Below are positions 1 through 11,987 of a stretch of 64,000 bases of DNA, piece after piece; within the stretch, counting starts at the first letter, position 1, and each line of letters starts with the position of its first letter. Origin of the DNA: Selaginella moellendorffii (lineage: Eukaryota; Plantae; Lycopodiophyta); contig NW_003314377.1 of NCBI RefSeq assembly GCF_000143415.4, forward strand, positions 1 to 64,000, in the 5' to 3' direction. The notes beneath the pieces are model-generated. The model was given only the letters and a program-made list of their open reading frames with translations. It searched no databases and was not told the origin of the DNA. The translations under genes were made by a program, and so were the position numbers.

Positions 1-2712
1 GAGTTATCTATACAAACATATACACCCATGTATGTATGTATGCATGTGTGTGTAAAGGACAGATAAAATCTTTTGTGATGATTATTATATGACAAATAGC
101 TACCTGTGCTAACAAAGGTGCACATGTGATTAATGCACCCGTTTAAGTAGATTGTAGATCCAAGCAATACAAATTATATTTTGGGATTTCATTGATAATT
201 TTTTATGTACAACTATTCTAATAAATAATTTATCACTTACAATCTCCCAATGCAACTGTCTTATTTTTATCACAAATTATAATTTTTTCTTCCATTGCTA
301 GGTCACACCACAAAATATTTATTTTTAACATATTAAAGCTAAAGGAAAATTTATAGGTTTAATAACTTAAAATTCAGTTAATGTTAGAAAATGATAATGG
401 CTTACAATTTTTGCCCCAAGTATTATGTGCGGAAGAACACGTGTGCGTGGGGGTGGTGCCGTTCTGTACAGTTGACAGACGCATCAAATCGATAAAATCT
501 TTCCGCAAGGTACCGAGAAAGATGCAAATATTCGTTGCTCCGGCTCTCTATACACACCTTCTTATATCTTTCAAAATATTTTCAGTGACCCAAGTTGGCG
601 CACAATAACTTGATCATATGAATGAGTGAGAGGTACTTGGTACAATGTTGGCTTTTTGCAGTAAAGGTGGTGGCAGCTCCTAAGCCTTGTCAATCTTGCG
701 CTTTTTCGGATCGATAGGGATTATAACTACTGGATGAGTATATATATTTCTTGGGTCCGTCCCTCTCAGCAAGAAAGCGAAAGAAAGCTCGGCCCGGTCT
801 ACTGCCCTGCTACTGCTACTCTAGTCTACGATATACGAACAGAATACGCCACTCATTGAAGTTGCTAGATGGATCATATCTGAGCAAATTGGCACCGTCC
901 CGTTGCATTCAAACCTTCATGGGTTTGTAAGCAGCCCTCCAGCCACCTTTCATAAATGCAGTAACGGGATTGCGTTCTCTCTTGAGATTTATACTGTATC
1001 TTGCAAAGGTTTGCACTTCCACCACTTGGAGATCAGTTCTTCATTAGCTGTTTACAGGGTCTTGCAACACCCACCAAGAAGCATGATCTCTTCTTTCTTT
1101 CCTCTTTCTCGTCCCAGAAAGACATATCATGTTCTTCAAACTTGCGCCGGCCATACTCCATGTGACACATTAAAGTACGGTCGGAACTCCCGGGTTCCGT
1201 ACCCCAGTGGATCGACCCCACGCAATTGATGGATCAGCGCCAACTTTACGTGGGAATGGGACAACACACAGAGGAGAGAGGAAGAGGAAAAAGCGCAGCA
1301 AACATGGGGTTTTTAATTTTTTTTTAAAGATTTCTTTGGGCTGGGAAGATAGGCGGATAGATTTGCATTTGAAACGTGAGGTCTCGAGATTGACAAAATA
1401 ACATTGACTTGATATCCTTCCCCCATCCGGGATAGTTTTTCTTCGCTTTTGGACGATCGTCATTGTCAATGTTATACAGCGTACATGTATAGCTGTGGTT
1501 TGCATGATTCACAAGTGTGTTGTCAAATGGTTGTGACATCGATTTCCCGGACAAAACATTTCGAGAACACAAAAAGGAAGACTTGAAATGGGGTTAACGT
1601 CGTGTGTAAGTTATGGATCCGAAGATTTGACTCGATATTCTATGTGCACGAAGCACCAGTGTACACAACGCATACAATAGAGTCTAACATTTTCTCTAAC
1701 AATTGTTACAAAAAAGTGGCAGAGCAGCAGCGCACAACTCCATTTATTTGGCCATCCTCCAAGTTGGTTATGATTCCATTCTATTCTTCACACCAACCGC
1801 GAATTGAATTGCCCCAGCTTTCGGTTTTTTCCGGAGGAGAATCTGCAAGCTTGCCATTTGCCTAAATACGTCGAATCTTTTAGGGTTGTTTAGATAGACT
1901 TTTCTTCACGCAAGGGAAAGGAAAAGGAAAAGTGTACATTCGGAACAAAAGCTATGGTTTGGTTGCATTTACGAAGAGCCGGGGTAGTAGCGAGCACTCA
2001 GGACCACTCGCGGCAAACAAAAACCTAGAAGTAAGATTGTCACGCAAGAAGCGCTCAGGTAGCGTCGCCAGTCGCATTCTTCGTAGTTTGGTGATTCTCT
2101 CGCGTCTGAGCAAGCGCGGTGAGTTCTCGAGGATTTGGGTCGTTTTCCATGGTCGCATTAGCGTAGTGGGCGCTCGCAGATCGCCAGTCGGAAGCTCCGA
2201 TCGCTCCACTGCCACTGTCGAAGTGGGTTTTCTAGCGAAAAAAAGTCCTTTCCTGTTTATCTTACACATCGATCGTTGTGGAGAGCAAGTAGCAACAAGC
2301 CTTTTGCTTTTTTCCAGGTCCCCCTTCTTCTTTCGCTTTGTTCTTTATTCGTTTTGTCTTGTTTCTCTTCCTCGAGCGCCCTCTCGTTTTGTTTTGCTTC
2401 CACCCATAGCAAAGGAAGAAGAGTTTCCATCCTTCTTTGATCTCTCGTGTCTTTCATTCATTGCGCTGTGCTCGAGGACCACCCGACAGCCCTCAGTGCT
2501 GGGAATCGGGCAAATCTGTGGATGGACGACGACGACAACGCACAAGCACGACGACCACCTCGCTCGAAAAATCTGTCGGCGCATATCAGCAGCAGCGCAG
2601 CCATAGCCAGCTCTCATTCTTCTTCCTCTTTCCATTCTTCTTCTCCCGGTCAATCCCTTCTCTTTCCTCGTGTGCTTCCACACTATCATCGCCCGTCACC
2701 CTCGACGCATTC

Positions 2713-4287
2713 ATGGAGCACAGTAGCAGGAGGAAGAAGCTACAAGCGCTCGCGCCGCTGGAGCTCTCGGCGGATAACACATCCAAGTTGATGGGTAGCC
2801 GGGCGGCGGCGCTCAAGCGTCTCTCGGAGCGAGCAAACAATACGTTGTGCTCCTCCACGAGCCTCTCAGCTCCGCCACCCTTCTCCGGCTCTCTGGTGGA
2901 TCCATCCTCCCCTCGAAAGATCTCCTTCTCGTTCTCGGAGCTCGGCCAGGCCATCATCGCGCGGCTCCGGAGCTACGGCGTCCGGATCGACCCGGGGCTG
3001 TCGGACGAGGAGATCGAACTGGCGCAGGCCGCCTTCCAGATCACATTCCCGCCGGATCTGCGAGGAATTCTCCAGCAGGGCTTGCCGATCGGGCCCGGAT
3101 TCCCCGATTGGCGATCCCAGCTCGGCTCCCACAAGCTAAAACTGTGGATCGCGGCGCCCAAGACAGGGCTGTGCTCCGCTGCGGAGCTCGGACTCTTTTG
3201 GTGGCGGGGTTGGGGAGCTCGGCCCCCCGAGCCGGAGGGAGCTGCCCGAGCTTCCCGGGCTGCCCTGCGACGGGCGCCCGTCATGGTGCCCGTCTTCTCG
3301 CAGTGCTACGTCCCGTCGCAGCCCGTCAGGGCCGGCAACCCGGTCATGTACGTGGACCGGTCCGAGGCGTTCTACTGCGCTCACGAGCTGTCCGAGTTCT
3401 TCGGTAAGGAGTGTTTTAAACGCTTTGTAAGCGGTGGTGGTGGCGGCGGTGGCGGCTGTGGATCGAGCATTGCGGCGTACTGCCCGGAGCCGATGGCCGT
3501 CCAGCAGCAAGAGCCCAGGGTTTTGGGGGTGGAGAGCGCGCGGAAGATGATCGCGCGGTGCGTGAGCAACATTGGCGAGGATCTGGAGGGGCTGGAGGCG
3601 GCGCTGGCGGAGCGGCGCTCGAGCGTGTCGGCGAGGAGCGTCCTCGCGGGCCCCCGCGCGAGCTCCACCTCAAGGAGCTCGGATGGGTCCTCCGATGATC
3701 ATGAGCCCGGGCCGAGCCACCACCATCCATCATCGCTCCTTCTTCCCAGGGAGCGATTGGGCCACAGTAGCAGCAACAGGGGAGGGGGGATGCGGAGGAT
3801 CGAGTTTTGGAGCGATCTCGTGGAGAAGGGGCCGAGCATGAACGCCGCGGCGGGGCGATCGGCCAGTCACGATGATGGATTAGTGCAAGTGGGCGGTGAG
3901 ACGGATCTGGATTGGGAGAACGCCAAATCCAATCCATGGCAACTGGTCAAAGAATCCGTGGGCGAGATGGCGATCAAGCTCCGGAGGGCAGGGTGGAATG
4001 AACGGGACGTGGCAGAGATCATGGATTCCTGCGAGCAACTGGATCACAGGTGCGATGATCCCAGGCCTAACCCAGCGGATCGGGAGAGCGTGATCGAAGG
4101 CCTGGCCGCTCATCTAGATTTTCTCTCCTCGTGCCTCCGCGATGCCGGGTGGAGCATCCACGATATCTCCGAAACCCTCTACTCGGATCTGACTGGCTTC
4201 TCAGAGCATCCGGGCCGAAGGGCGAGAATCTCTCCCGAAGTAGCTTCCAGGATTGGCCTTCTCGCGGCATTCGTTGCACAGGGTTAG
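2713..4287 (+). CDS. Intronless plant protein with SMI1/KNR4 (SUKH)-like domain (At3g50340/At5g67020-like family)
   Basis: Long GC-rich ORF containing GLSDEEIELAQAAFQITFPPDLRGILQQGLPIGPGFPDWR, WWRGWGARP, APVMVPVFSQCYVP...GNPV, RRIEFWSD and C-terminal LRRAGW/LRDAGWS repeats. The first ATG (MEHSSRRKK) is at 2713; the track's 2437 start is TTG and runs through pyrimidine-rich UTR/intron-like sequence. Confidence 0.8.
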   Translation: MEHSSRRKKLQALAPLELSADNTSKLMGSRAAALKRLSERANNTLCSSTSLSAPPPFSGSLVDPSSPRKISFSFSELGQAIIARLRSYGVRIDPGLSDEEIELAQAAFQITFPPDLRGILQQGLPIGPGFPDWRSQLGSHKLKLWIAAPKTGLCSAAELGLFWWRGWGARPPEPEGAARASRAALRRAPVMVPVFSQCYVPSQPVRAGNPVMYVDRSEAFYCAHELSEFFGKECFKRFVSGGGGGGGGCGSSIAAYCPEPMAVQQQEPRVLGVESARKMIARCVSNIGEDLEGLEAALAERRSSVSARSVLAGPRASSTSRSSDGSSDDHEPGPSHHHPSSLLLPRERLGHSSSNRGGGMRRIEFWSDLVEKGPSMNAAAGRSASHDDGLVQVGGETDLDWENAKSNPWQLVKESVGEMAIKLRRAGWNERDVAEIMDSCEQLDHRCDDPRPNPADRESVIEGLAAHLDFLSSCLRDAGWSIHDISETLYSDLTGFSEHPGRRARISPEVASRIGLLAAFVAQG

Positions 4288-4389
4288 CTTTGCTAGATTT
4301 AGTAAATTCGAATGATTTAATTAGCACAAAATACTTTTTATTTATAAAACCCTTATTAAAGAAGCTTAAGTTCTGCTAATCTAGTGCAA

Positions 4390-4690
4390 AAGAGGAGTTG
4401 TTGCAAAAGAGGAGTATGTTGCTCTACCATAAAAAAAAATGAAAAGAAATGGAGAAATAAAAGAGAAAAAAAGAAAAAGCTATAAGAATGAATGAGATTT
4501 GAAAATAAAAGACACAAATCCAAGCACTTTTATAAGATAATTAGAGTTACCCTTCATCAATATAAGTGCATGGAATATAAAAATGTTTATACTCAATTAA
4601 CCTAAAAACCCTAGTTGAACAAATTGACACCAATCTGATGACTATTAAATTCCCATTATGCTAATAATAGTTTATGGCATTAATTTGGAC
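4390..4690 (-). repeat. Family E leader-like fragment, homologous to 55560-55890
   Basis: Shared blocks with the 55-kb copy: caaatccaagcact vs caaatctaagcact, cttcat...tataagtg, and atgactat...tatgctaata. Confidence 0.55.
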
Positions 4691-4753
4691 CTCATAATTG
4701 TAATAATTTTTATTTTCTTACTTTTATTTATTATTGAACTTCATAAGACACAA

Positions 4754-5263
4754 TTAAAATATATGGCAACAATTTACTTCTTTACTGCCACCATTATTAA
4801 TTTCAACTCCAAAATCAGCAAAGAAGAAATTATTATAACAACCTTGAGTTGAAGTACCTTCCACAACATTTAAGCTCCAAGTCCTTGAACTTGTAGTAGT
4901 CAAGCTAATATTAACACTACATATAGGTCCCTTCAAACATTTTCCTATATATCTGAAATTGTCTGATGACCAAGGTTCAAAATTATCAATACTTGTATCA
5001 AGATCACCAAATGTAACTTGTGATCCAAATTTATCCTTAAATGTTACTCCCACTGTGCCATCAGTGCCATTGTTACCAGTTTTAACTTCAAAATTATAAA
5101 CACAAGTTTTATTTATAGTTGGTGTCTGAAAAAATCACAAAACATATATTAATAACAATATAATTGATGGAATTTCTAAGCTTACAGGTAATATTATTGC
5201 CAGTGCAATATTTGAACATATTGCTAAGATTATAACTGTAAAAATGGCTTGTAACTTTACCAT
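4754..5263 (-). CDS. Small secreted PLAT/LH2 (ATS3/PLAT1-like) protein, 2 exons, 149 aa
   Basis: Exon 1 (5263-5186) encodes a signal peptide, MVKLQAIFTVIILAICSNIALAIILP. A 60-nt GTAAG...TTTCAG intron spans 5185-5126. Exon 2 (5125-4754) encodes CVYNFEVKTGNNGTDGTVGVTFKDKFG...NFEPWSSDNFRYIGKCLKGPICSVNISL...W, matching the plant PLAT pattern. Confidence 0.8.
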
Positions 5264-5449
5264 GGCCTTGAAATGTAAAAGAAGTGTAGAATTCAGTATT
5301 GGGGTTTTATGGATCATCTAATTTATAAGGATACAAGTCTTTTTAGGTGCACTGAAATATAATGTTTAAGTACATAAGTCTTTCTATTAAGTGCACCAAA
5401 AAAGGTTCATATATATCCAGAAGGAAAGTATAACTAAAATTATTTTGGT

Positions 5450-7870
5450 TTAGGAAAGAATTGGTGCAATTGCTTAATGTTATGCAATTGTAATTTAATA
5501 ATTAAACTTAGTTAAGGGTGGTGTTTGGTGCATATAATGCAACTCTTTTTACTCTTGTTGCCAATCTTCATATTTGACTGAATTTTGTCCATGAGAATCT
5601 GAAAAATTATATGTACCATTAGTTCAATTACTTTATAGTGATTGCCATCTATCATCATTGGGATGATGCCTAGTGTTTGCATAAGTTTCCCACATTTCCA
5701 AGGGATAATATTGCGATGGTATAATGGTTTGAGTGCAGCCACTTGTGCATATTGAAGCTTTCTTCTTACATCTTCAAACACACATTTAGACATGTTGACA
5801 ATTGTAACAATATTTTCCAATAATTGTATATCTTTCTTATTAGCCATTAGAGTTAGTTATACAATTTGGTGTTTACTTTTGAAGTTTCTTATTTTATAAA
5901 GAGCCAAATATGTTATAGTGGATCAAATTTGGTATATTGTAGCCAACACTTCATCAAGATTTTGTGGGATTTGTATATACACTTGCTCCAACCACCTTTA
6001 ACACTCTTCAACTAACATAACATTATGAGATATTATATCTCCCACTTATAATTATATATGCTTCAATTCCACTTCCCATAAAAAGTGATCCTATTATAAT
6101 AGAGATTGACACTACTACTGCTTATGTTCAAGGATAAGGGCAAGGATGTGGTCATAGTTGTGATATTTGATATTGGGCATATATGATAAGATTAGCCAAA
6201 TATATTAGCATTGTTGGCATTTCCCGAATTGGTTTCCTCCATTTCNNNNNNNNNNNNNNNNNNNNNNNNNNNNNNNNNNNNNNNNNNNNNNNNNNNNNNN
6301 NNNNNNNNNNNNNNNNNNNNNNNNNNNNNNNNNNNNNNNNNNNNNGGTGAAGCTTTTGTTTCCTAGGAAAAATCTTTATGTCAAGACCTTTCACTGTAGT
6401 AGCATCAATATGACAATGTTGATCCAAGTGGAAGGACTGAATAAATCATCAACCCCTCCATCCTTATTTTATAAATATTATCAAGGGGTTCATTTGGCAC
6501 TAGTTTATTTAATGTTCACTTTTTAAATTCATTTTTATAACAAAAGATCTTTTGTTATCCTCTCCTTATTAGTTAATAAGGGTTTAAGTTTATCTTCTAT
6601 TGTTTGTTCTATTGCCACAAATTGCTATTTACATTTGTGTTATGTGGTAGAGCCACTCTTCATTCTCTATGGCAATGGCCACACCTCCGGAATCCTAGAG
6701 AGCATTCGTGCTCATCCCCCAGCAAAGCATCCCTTGCTGGAATGCGATGATCACTACTATCGGCTAAAACAATTGCACTCTCGTTGCCAAGGAGCTCTTT
6801 GATGCAATGCCAGATTGAGAAACTATATTCTAGAAATTGATGACACATGCATGTGTATCGGATGAAGTAATATATATGAGTGATTTCAATCTTGAGCTTC
6901 AATTATTAAGGATGGTGCCAAATTAAGTATTTAAACTCATCTTTGGTATGGATTGTTAAAGCATAATCATGTTAAGTATGACTTTGAGGCTTCTCCCTTG
7001 TTTAATACTCCTTCATATCTCGTTCATTCCTTTTATTTTTATTATATTTTATCCTTTTACTTTTACTTATGCTTTAATCACATTTATTTTTCTATTACTT
7101 CCTATCATGTTCCCTTTCTAGATAATCTTTGTGTTACAATAGTTGACTAACTCAAATAGGAGTATACTCATCTCTTCGACTTTGGCCTATCATCTCAAAC
7201 TAAGATTGCAATGTTTCATTTTATTTTGACTAGGGATGTTTGTTTGATCAAGGTTCTTGTTTAACCTCAATTACCAAGGTTTGAGAAAAAGTGTTATTTG
7301 AAAGTCTTGAAATCCTTAGTTATATATACCTCATCTTATTTTTAAATAATATAACAATCCTATATATATACCTTCTTCCTTACACTACCCATCCTTTATA
7401 TTGTTTGGGGAGAAGCCATTCTTCACCAAGTTTAATCTTACTTTTAATTACTAACAAGTGCTAATGGTTGAAAAAGATGTTCTTCAGGCTATTTTTCATG
7501 CTCCATTTAGTTTATATATGTTATTAATAATGTTGTTTGAATAATGTTTTAGTGGTTTTCCAGTAGATGGTGGATAAAGTTCTTTTCAATATGCCATTAC
7601 TAACTTCATCATTAATGTCTTGATTCCATTGAAAAGGATATGGGAGGAGCATGTTCATTGTAAGATTGGCTATAGAAAGTTGGTTTGAAGTTGAAATAGT
7701 TGAAGTGTGTGTTTGTATCAAAGGATAAGATTTTTTTTAGGTATTATATTTTTTGCAAAGGTTTGCAAATTGGTCTTAACAAATTTATAACTATTTTTAA
7801 GTTCCCCACTCTAAAGTGTGTGAATAATGTGCAACATATCCTTAGCAAGTGCAATATCTTGGTTGTTTTA
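5450..7870 (+). mobile_element. Degenerate Ty3/Gypsy (family E): gag, protease and RT relics
   Basis: Frameshifted gag-like YHHWDDA*CLHKFP / QGIILRWYNGLSAAT near 5650-5740, protease-region IFGMD / LKHNHVK near 6940, and RT-like FTKFNL near 7420. Homologous to 7990-9265 and to 42445-43239 plus 54864-55550. Confidence 0.7.
6685..6840 (+). pseudogene. ~155-bp PLS-type PPR fragment inserted in the family E relic
   Basis: Translates as RAFVLIPQQSIPCWNAMITTIG*NNCTLVAKELFDAMPD. It is absent from the homologous position of the 7990-9265 copy. Confidence 0.7.
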
Positions 7871-7989
7871 TTGCTCATATTTTTTATTGTACTACATTGT
7901 ATGTTCTTGCCCTATTTGAATATATACATTTATATATTCCATGTACTTATATAATAAATTTTATAAAAGGTATATAGTATATACTAATT

Positions 7990-9265
7990 AAATTTTGCTT
8001 TAATATTTTTGAATTCTTTTTCCTTGCTTATTCTTCTTAGCTGCAAAGGATTATCTATAAAATTTGGTAGAAAGAAGAGGAATGCTAAGTATATCATCAA
8101 TGAAGCTAATAGTCATTTTCGGCATATCACAAAGAACTTTGTCCATCATCTATTGGAAAGTCATTAGAGCATTGTTTAAACCAAACAGCATCACCAAAAA
8201 CTCATACAAATTAAATAATATATAAAAAATAATCTTGGGAATATCTTCTTTAGCCATCAGCACTTGCCAATATCCAAAAGTAAAATTTAACTTGGTGAAC
8301 CAATGACTTCTCCTTAGACGATCCAAGAGATCAATAGTGTGAGAAAGAGGGTATATATTTAGGATTGTTATTTTGTTTAATGAACGATAGTTGATGCAAA
8401 AATGAATACTCCCATTAGGTTTCATCATAAAATGAGGTTCACGTGCTTAAAGATTCTGTAACTTTTGAATAACACCCTTTTCCAACATTTTTTTTACGTT
8501 TGCACATAAAATTTTGATCTCTTTTGGTGACTAATGATAAATATGAACCTTGATTAAACAAGTATCCCGAGTTGGAATAGGATGACGTGTTATAATCTTG
8601 GCTCTAAACGCTAGGTCAAATTTAAAAAGATCGGCATACTCCTTTATAAGACAGTCAATCGTTGCAACATAAAGACATTCGGAAGAATTTGAAGAGGGAA
8701 TAGAGGAACAAGACAAAAACATAGAAGGAAGTAATAAGAAGAAAAGGTAATAGAAGCAAAGGTAAAAGTAAAGGGACAAAAAAGAACAAAAGTGAGAGGA
8801 ATGGAAGAAATATAAAAAATATCAGATAAAAGGGAGAAACTTCAAAGTTACATTTGACATGATTATGCCGCAACCAATCCATACCAAGGATGAGGTAAAA
8901 AAACATGATTTGGCACCACCCACAATGACTGTAGCTCAAGCTTGAGATTGTCCATACGTATAACTAGGTTTGCCTTATCTCATGTACATGCGTGTGTATG
9001 GTATAAAGAATAAAAAATAACTTTGCCACATGATGAAAATATAAATGGCAACGTGTGGCAACAGGCCAAGCAATAAAAGATAAACTTGAGCCTATATCAA
9101 CCTAAAATAATAACAAAACTCTTATTATAAACACTAAATAAATTGGTGCCAAGTGAACCCCTTGATGATACTCCCGAAAGAAAGATAAAGAGGTCACTAA
9201 TTTATTCATGCAAGGACCCTCTGCTATTCGCATGATTCCTCATTTCCCTAAAGCATCTTAGTGTC
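7990..9265 (-). mobile_element. Degenerate Ty3/Gypsy (family E) protease-RT
   Basis: ORF 8150-8428 reads GSIHFCINYRSLNKIT...YPL...WFTKLNFTFGYWQV...YEFLVMLFGLNNALMTFQ, followed by FIDDIL near 8090. The protease-region motif LILGMDWL is in ORF 8655-8939. Confidence 0.8.
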
Positions 9266-9326
9266 CAAATCTTGGAGAAGTCTCACTCACAACCTCCATA
9301 TGTCATATTCCAGACTTGGGGACTTG

Positions 9327-11023
9327 TGTAAATGACTAATTTTTCCACTCTACTTTAGCCACTTAACCACACCTCCAACCACTTAAAGGAGTTTCACTCA
9401 CAACCTCCATAAGTCCTATTCCAGACTTGGGGCTTGCTATCCTCGAGAATGACATCCATGCCACTCAACCTTTGTACTTGGTCCAAGTGTTTCACGTGTC
9501 TGATCCCATGACTGACACCCCAAGGTACCACTGACCTATTGGCCCGTTACACTAAAGCCCTAGCCATTCACCTTGGCCACACTGGTGGTCCCACACCACT
9601 TGCCTCACAGTCATGTCTCTCAAAGACTGGGCCATTTGTCCAAGAGTGATGATCCCAGATTAGCATCCTTAGGATGCCCACAGACATGGGGAATAACCTT
9701 CCCCAATATCCCTTTTTTGATCCTCACTAAGTCCCTTTTTGTCTATGGCCGTGTTCGCCAATACTGCCACTAGATTATGGCCCATAGGCCTCTCTTGTTC
9801 TCTAGGACTTCCTTGTCATGTGACTGCATCCTTGGTCATTACACTAGAGGACTGCTCCTCTTCCTTTCCACCATTCGGGACTCTGGGACAACATTTCGGA
9901 ACACCGTGGCTCTACGTGAGCCTTATGGGTACTCTCCCCACCTTTCGCCTTTGGGTGCTCTAGCCATGGGCTTAAAGCGAGGTTCCATTGAGCCACGCCA
10001 GGTATCCAAGTAGATAGTGCCACCCACACTTGGACTGGGAGCATCGGCCATTCGATCTCCCGAGGGAACTAGAGTCGGCTCTTGAATACTTCACCAAGAT
10101 ACCCCACTTGTTAGTCCGTATTCACTCTAGCCTTGGATTTCCCAGTGGTTATCCCATCACTCAACACTTGGGTACAGCCTTCTTGGGCCAAACTGGCCTT
10201 TCCTGGCCAAACTGGCTCCATTGGAGTTCTCGCCCTACTATACTTTTGGAGCTCACCAAACCCCCCAGGGTCTGGGAGACGAACGCTTTGGGTTTTCACC
10301 CTCGGACTCAGACTCGGACTCGGACTCAGACTCAGACTCGGGCTTGGACTCGGACTCGGACTCAGACTCGGTCACAGTCTCAGTCTCAGTCTCGGCCTCA
10401 GCCTCGTTCTCGGTCTTGGTCTTGGTCCCGGTCTTGGTCTCGGTCCCGGTCTCGGTCCCGGTCTCAAACTCCATCTCGGGTCCTTCTTAGACTCCATCTT
10501 TGGATTCCATCTCAGACTCCATCTCGGTCCATCTCAAACTCCATCTCGGACTCCATCTCGGGTCCATCTTGGACTCCATCTCGGTCCATCTCGGACTCCA
10601 TCTTGGACTCCATCTCGGGTCCATCTTGGGCTCCATCTCAAACTCTATCTCGGTCCATCTTGGACTCCATCTCGAGTCCATCTCGGGTCCATCTCAGACT
10701 CCATCTCGGTCCATCTCGGACTCCATCTCGGTCCATCTCGGACTCCATCTCGGGTCCATCTCGGGTCCATCTAGGACTCCATCTCGGTCCATCTCGAACT
10801 CCATCTTGGTCCATCTCGGACTCCATCTTGGGTCCATCTCGGATCCATCTCGAACTCCATCTTAGTCCTTGAGCACTCCGTTAGGAGTTCCACTCCTACT
10901 TTCGACCTTTCAAGTCGGAGCTTTTAGTCCAAATATGTTATGCTTGTTTGGCTTTTACTTCGGCCACTACCATATGGCACCCTTTTCGGCTCTACTTTGG
11001 GGCTTAAGGATTTGTGTCTCACA
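9327..11023 (-). repeat. Family A LTR with (TCGGAC)n and (GGACTCCATCTC)n arrays
   Basis: Termini are TGTAAATGAC...GTGTCTCACA. It aligns with the solo LTR at 44038-45894, and its tandem arrays lie at ~10300-10860. Confidence 0.85.
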
Positions 11024-11987
11024 ACTCCACCACCCAAGTTTGATGTCCTCATCGAATGATAAACTATTTTAGAAAATAATACTAGCATGTATTACCCTTT
11101 CCATCCTTGGCACCTAGCCAATATTCGTCAATGGTTTGTCACCGAAGGCTCACCATGCCTTGTCCATCATCTAAGGAGCATAGTCTTTTAAACTTAGAGA
11201 CTTATTCGACCATTTGTGGTGGTTCTCTCCTTTTATTGGTTTAGTTCTTGCTAAACCTATTAGAGACACCTTCTCTATCTCAATCCCACTATTCATTCTC
11301 GAGTAGTCTTAGTTCCCATTGATATATCTTTTGCACTTTAGAACTTTTAATTTTGACTTCTCGAAATCAATTTCCTGGGTGTCTCCAACACCTTGCATTG
11401 CACATTTTGTACAACTCCACCTCCCCATCATAAGAAGTTCTCTACTTGAGGGTACTATCATTCTCTTTTCTATTTCATGCCACCTCTAGCACCAAGTTAT
11501 CATAAGTTGTGCTAAGGCTGTTCACAACCCTATCATTTAGCTACTTTGCCGTTCCTTCCCTTGGAGCTTTCACCTTTGCCAACTTAGAGCATTTGGGCAT
11601 CCATCCTTGGAAGCACGCTTCTTTTCCCATAATTTGTTAGCATCCAACACATTAGTGTTCCATGCTTAACTTTGCCATTTGAATTCCTTCAATGAACTCC
11701 ATAGCCCACACTTAGCCACTAGTCTTTTGCTCCTATCCTTTGATTGTTGCACCAAGTAACATAGGATCACTACCTCCATTCTTGAGGTATCCTTTTGGTT
11801 CCATGGCAAAGGCTCTACTTTGCTGAGTCTAGAGGGTGCTCACCCCTAGTGGGTCTTTTTAGCATTTTCTACTATGAGCTCTGTTCACGGCCCAACTTTG
11901 CGACCCTCCCATGGGTATTTCCTAGAGACTACTTTCTTGGACTCATTATACCATTATTTTAGCACAATTGATTTCCCTTTAAGTGTC

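Noticed and set aside
381-2400. Short ORFs at 381-2400
   Set aside because: No recognisable motif or consistent exon chain. An unrecognised gene near 850-1300 (-) cannot be excluded.
2437-2712. N-terminal extension of the 616-aa ORF
   Set aside because: Non-ATG start and low-complexity CT-rich UTR/intron-like sequence.
10300-10860. CRISPR-like array
   Set aside because: Head-to-tail repeats without unique spacers, in a eukaryotic context with no cas genes.
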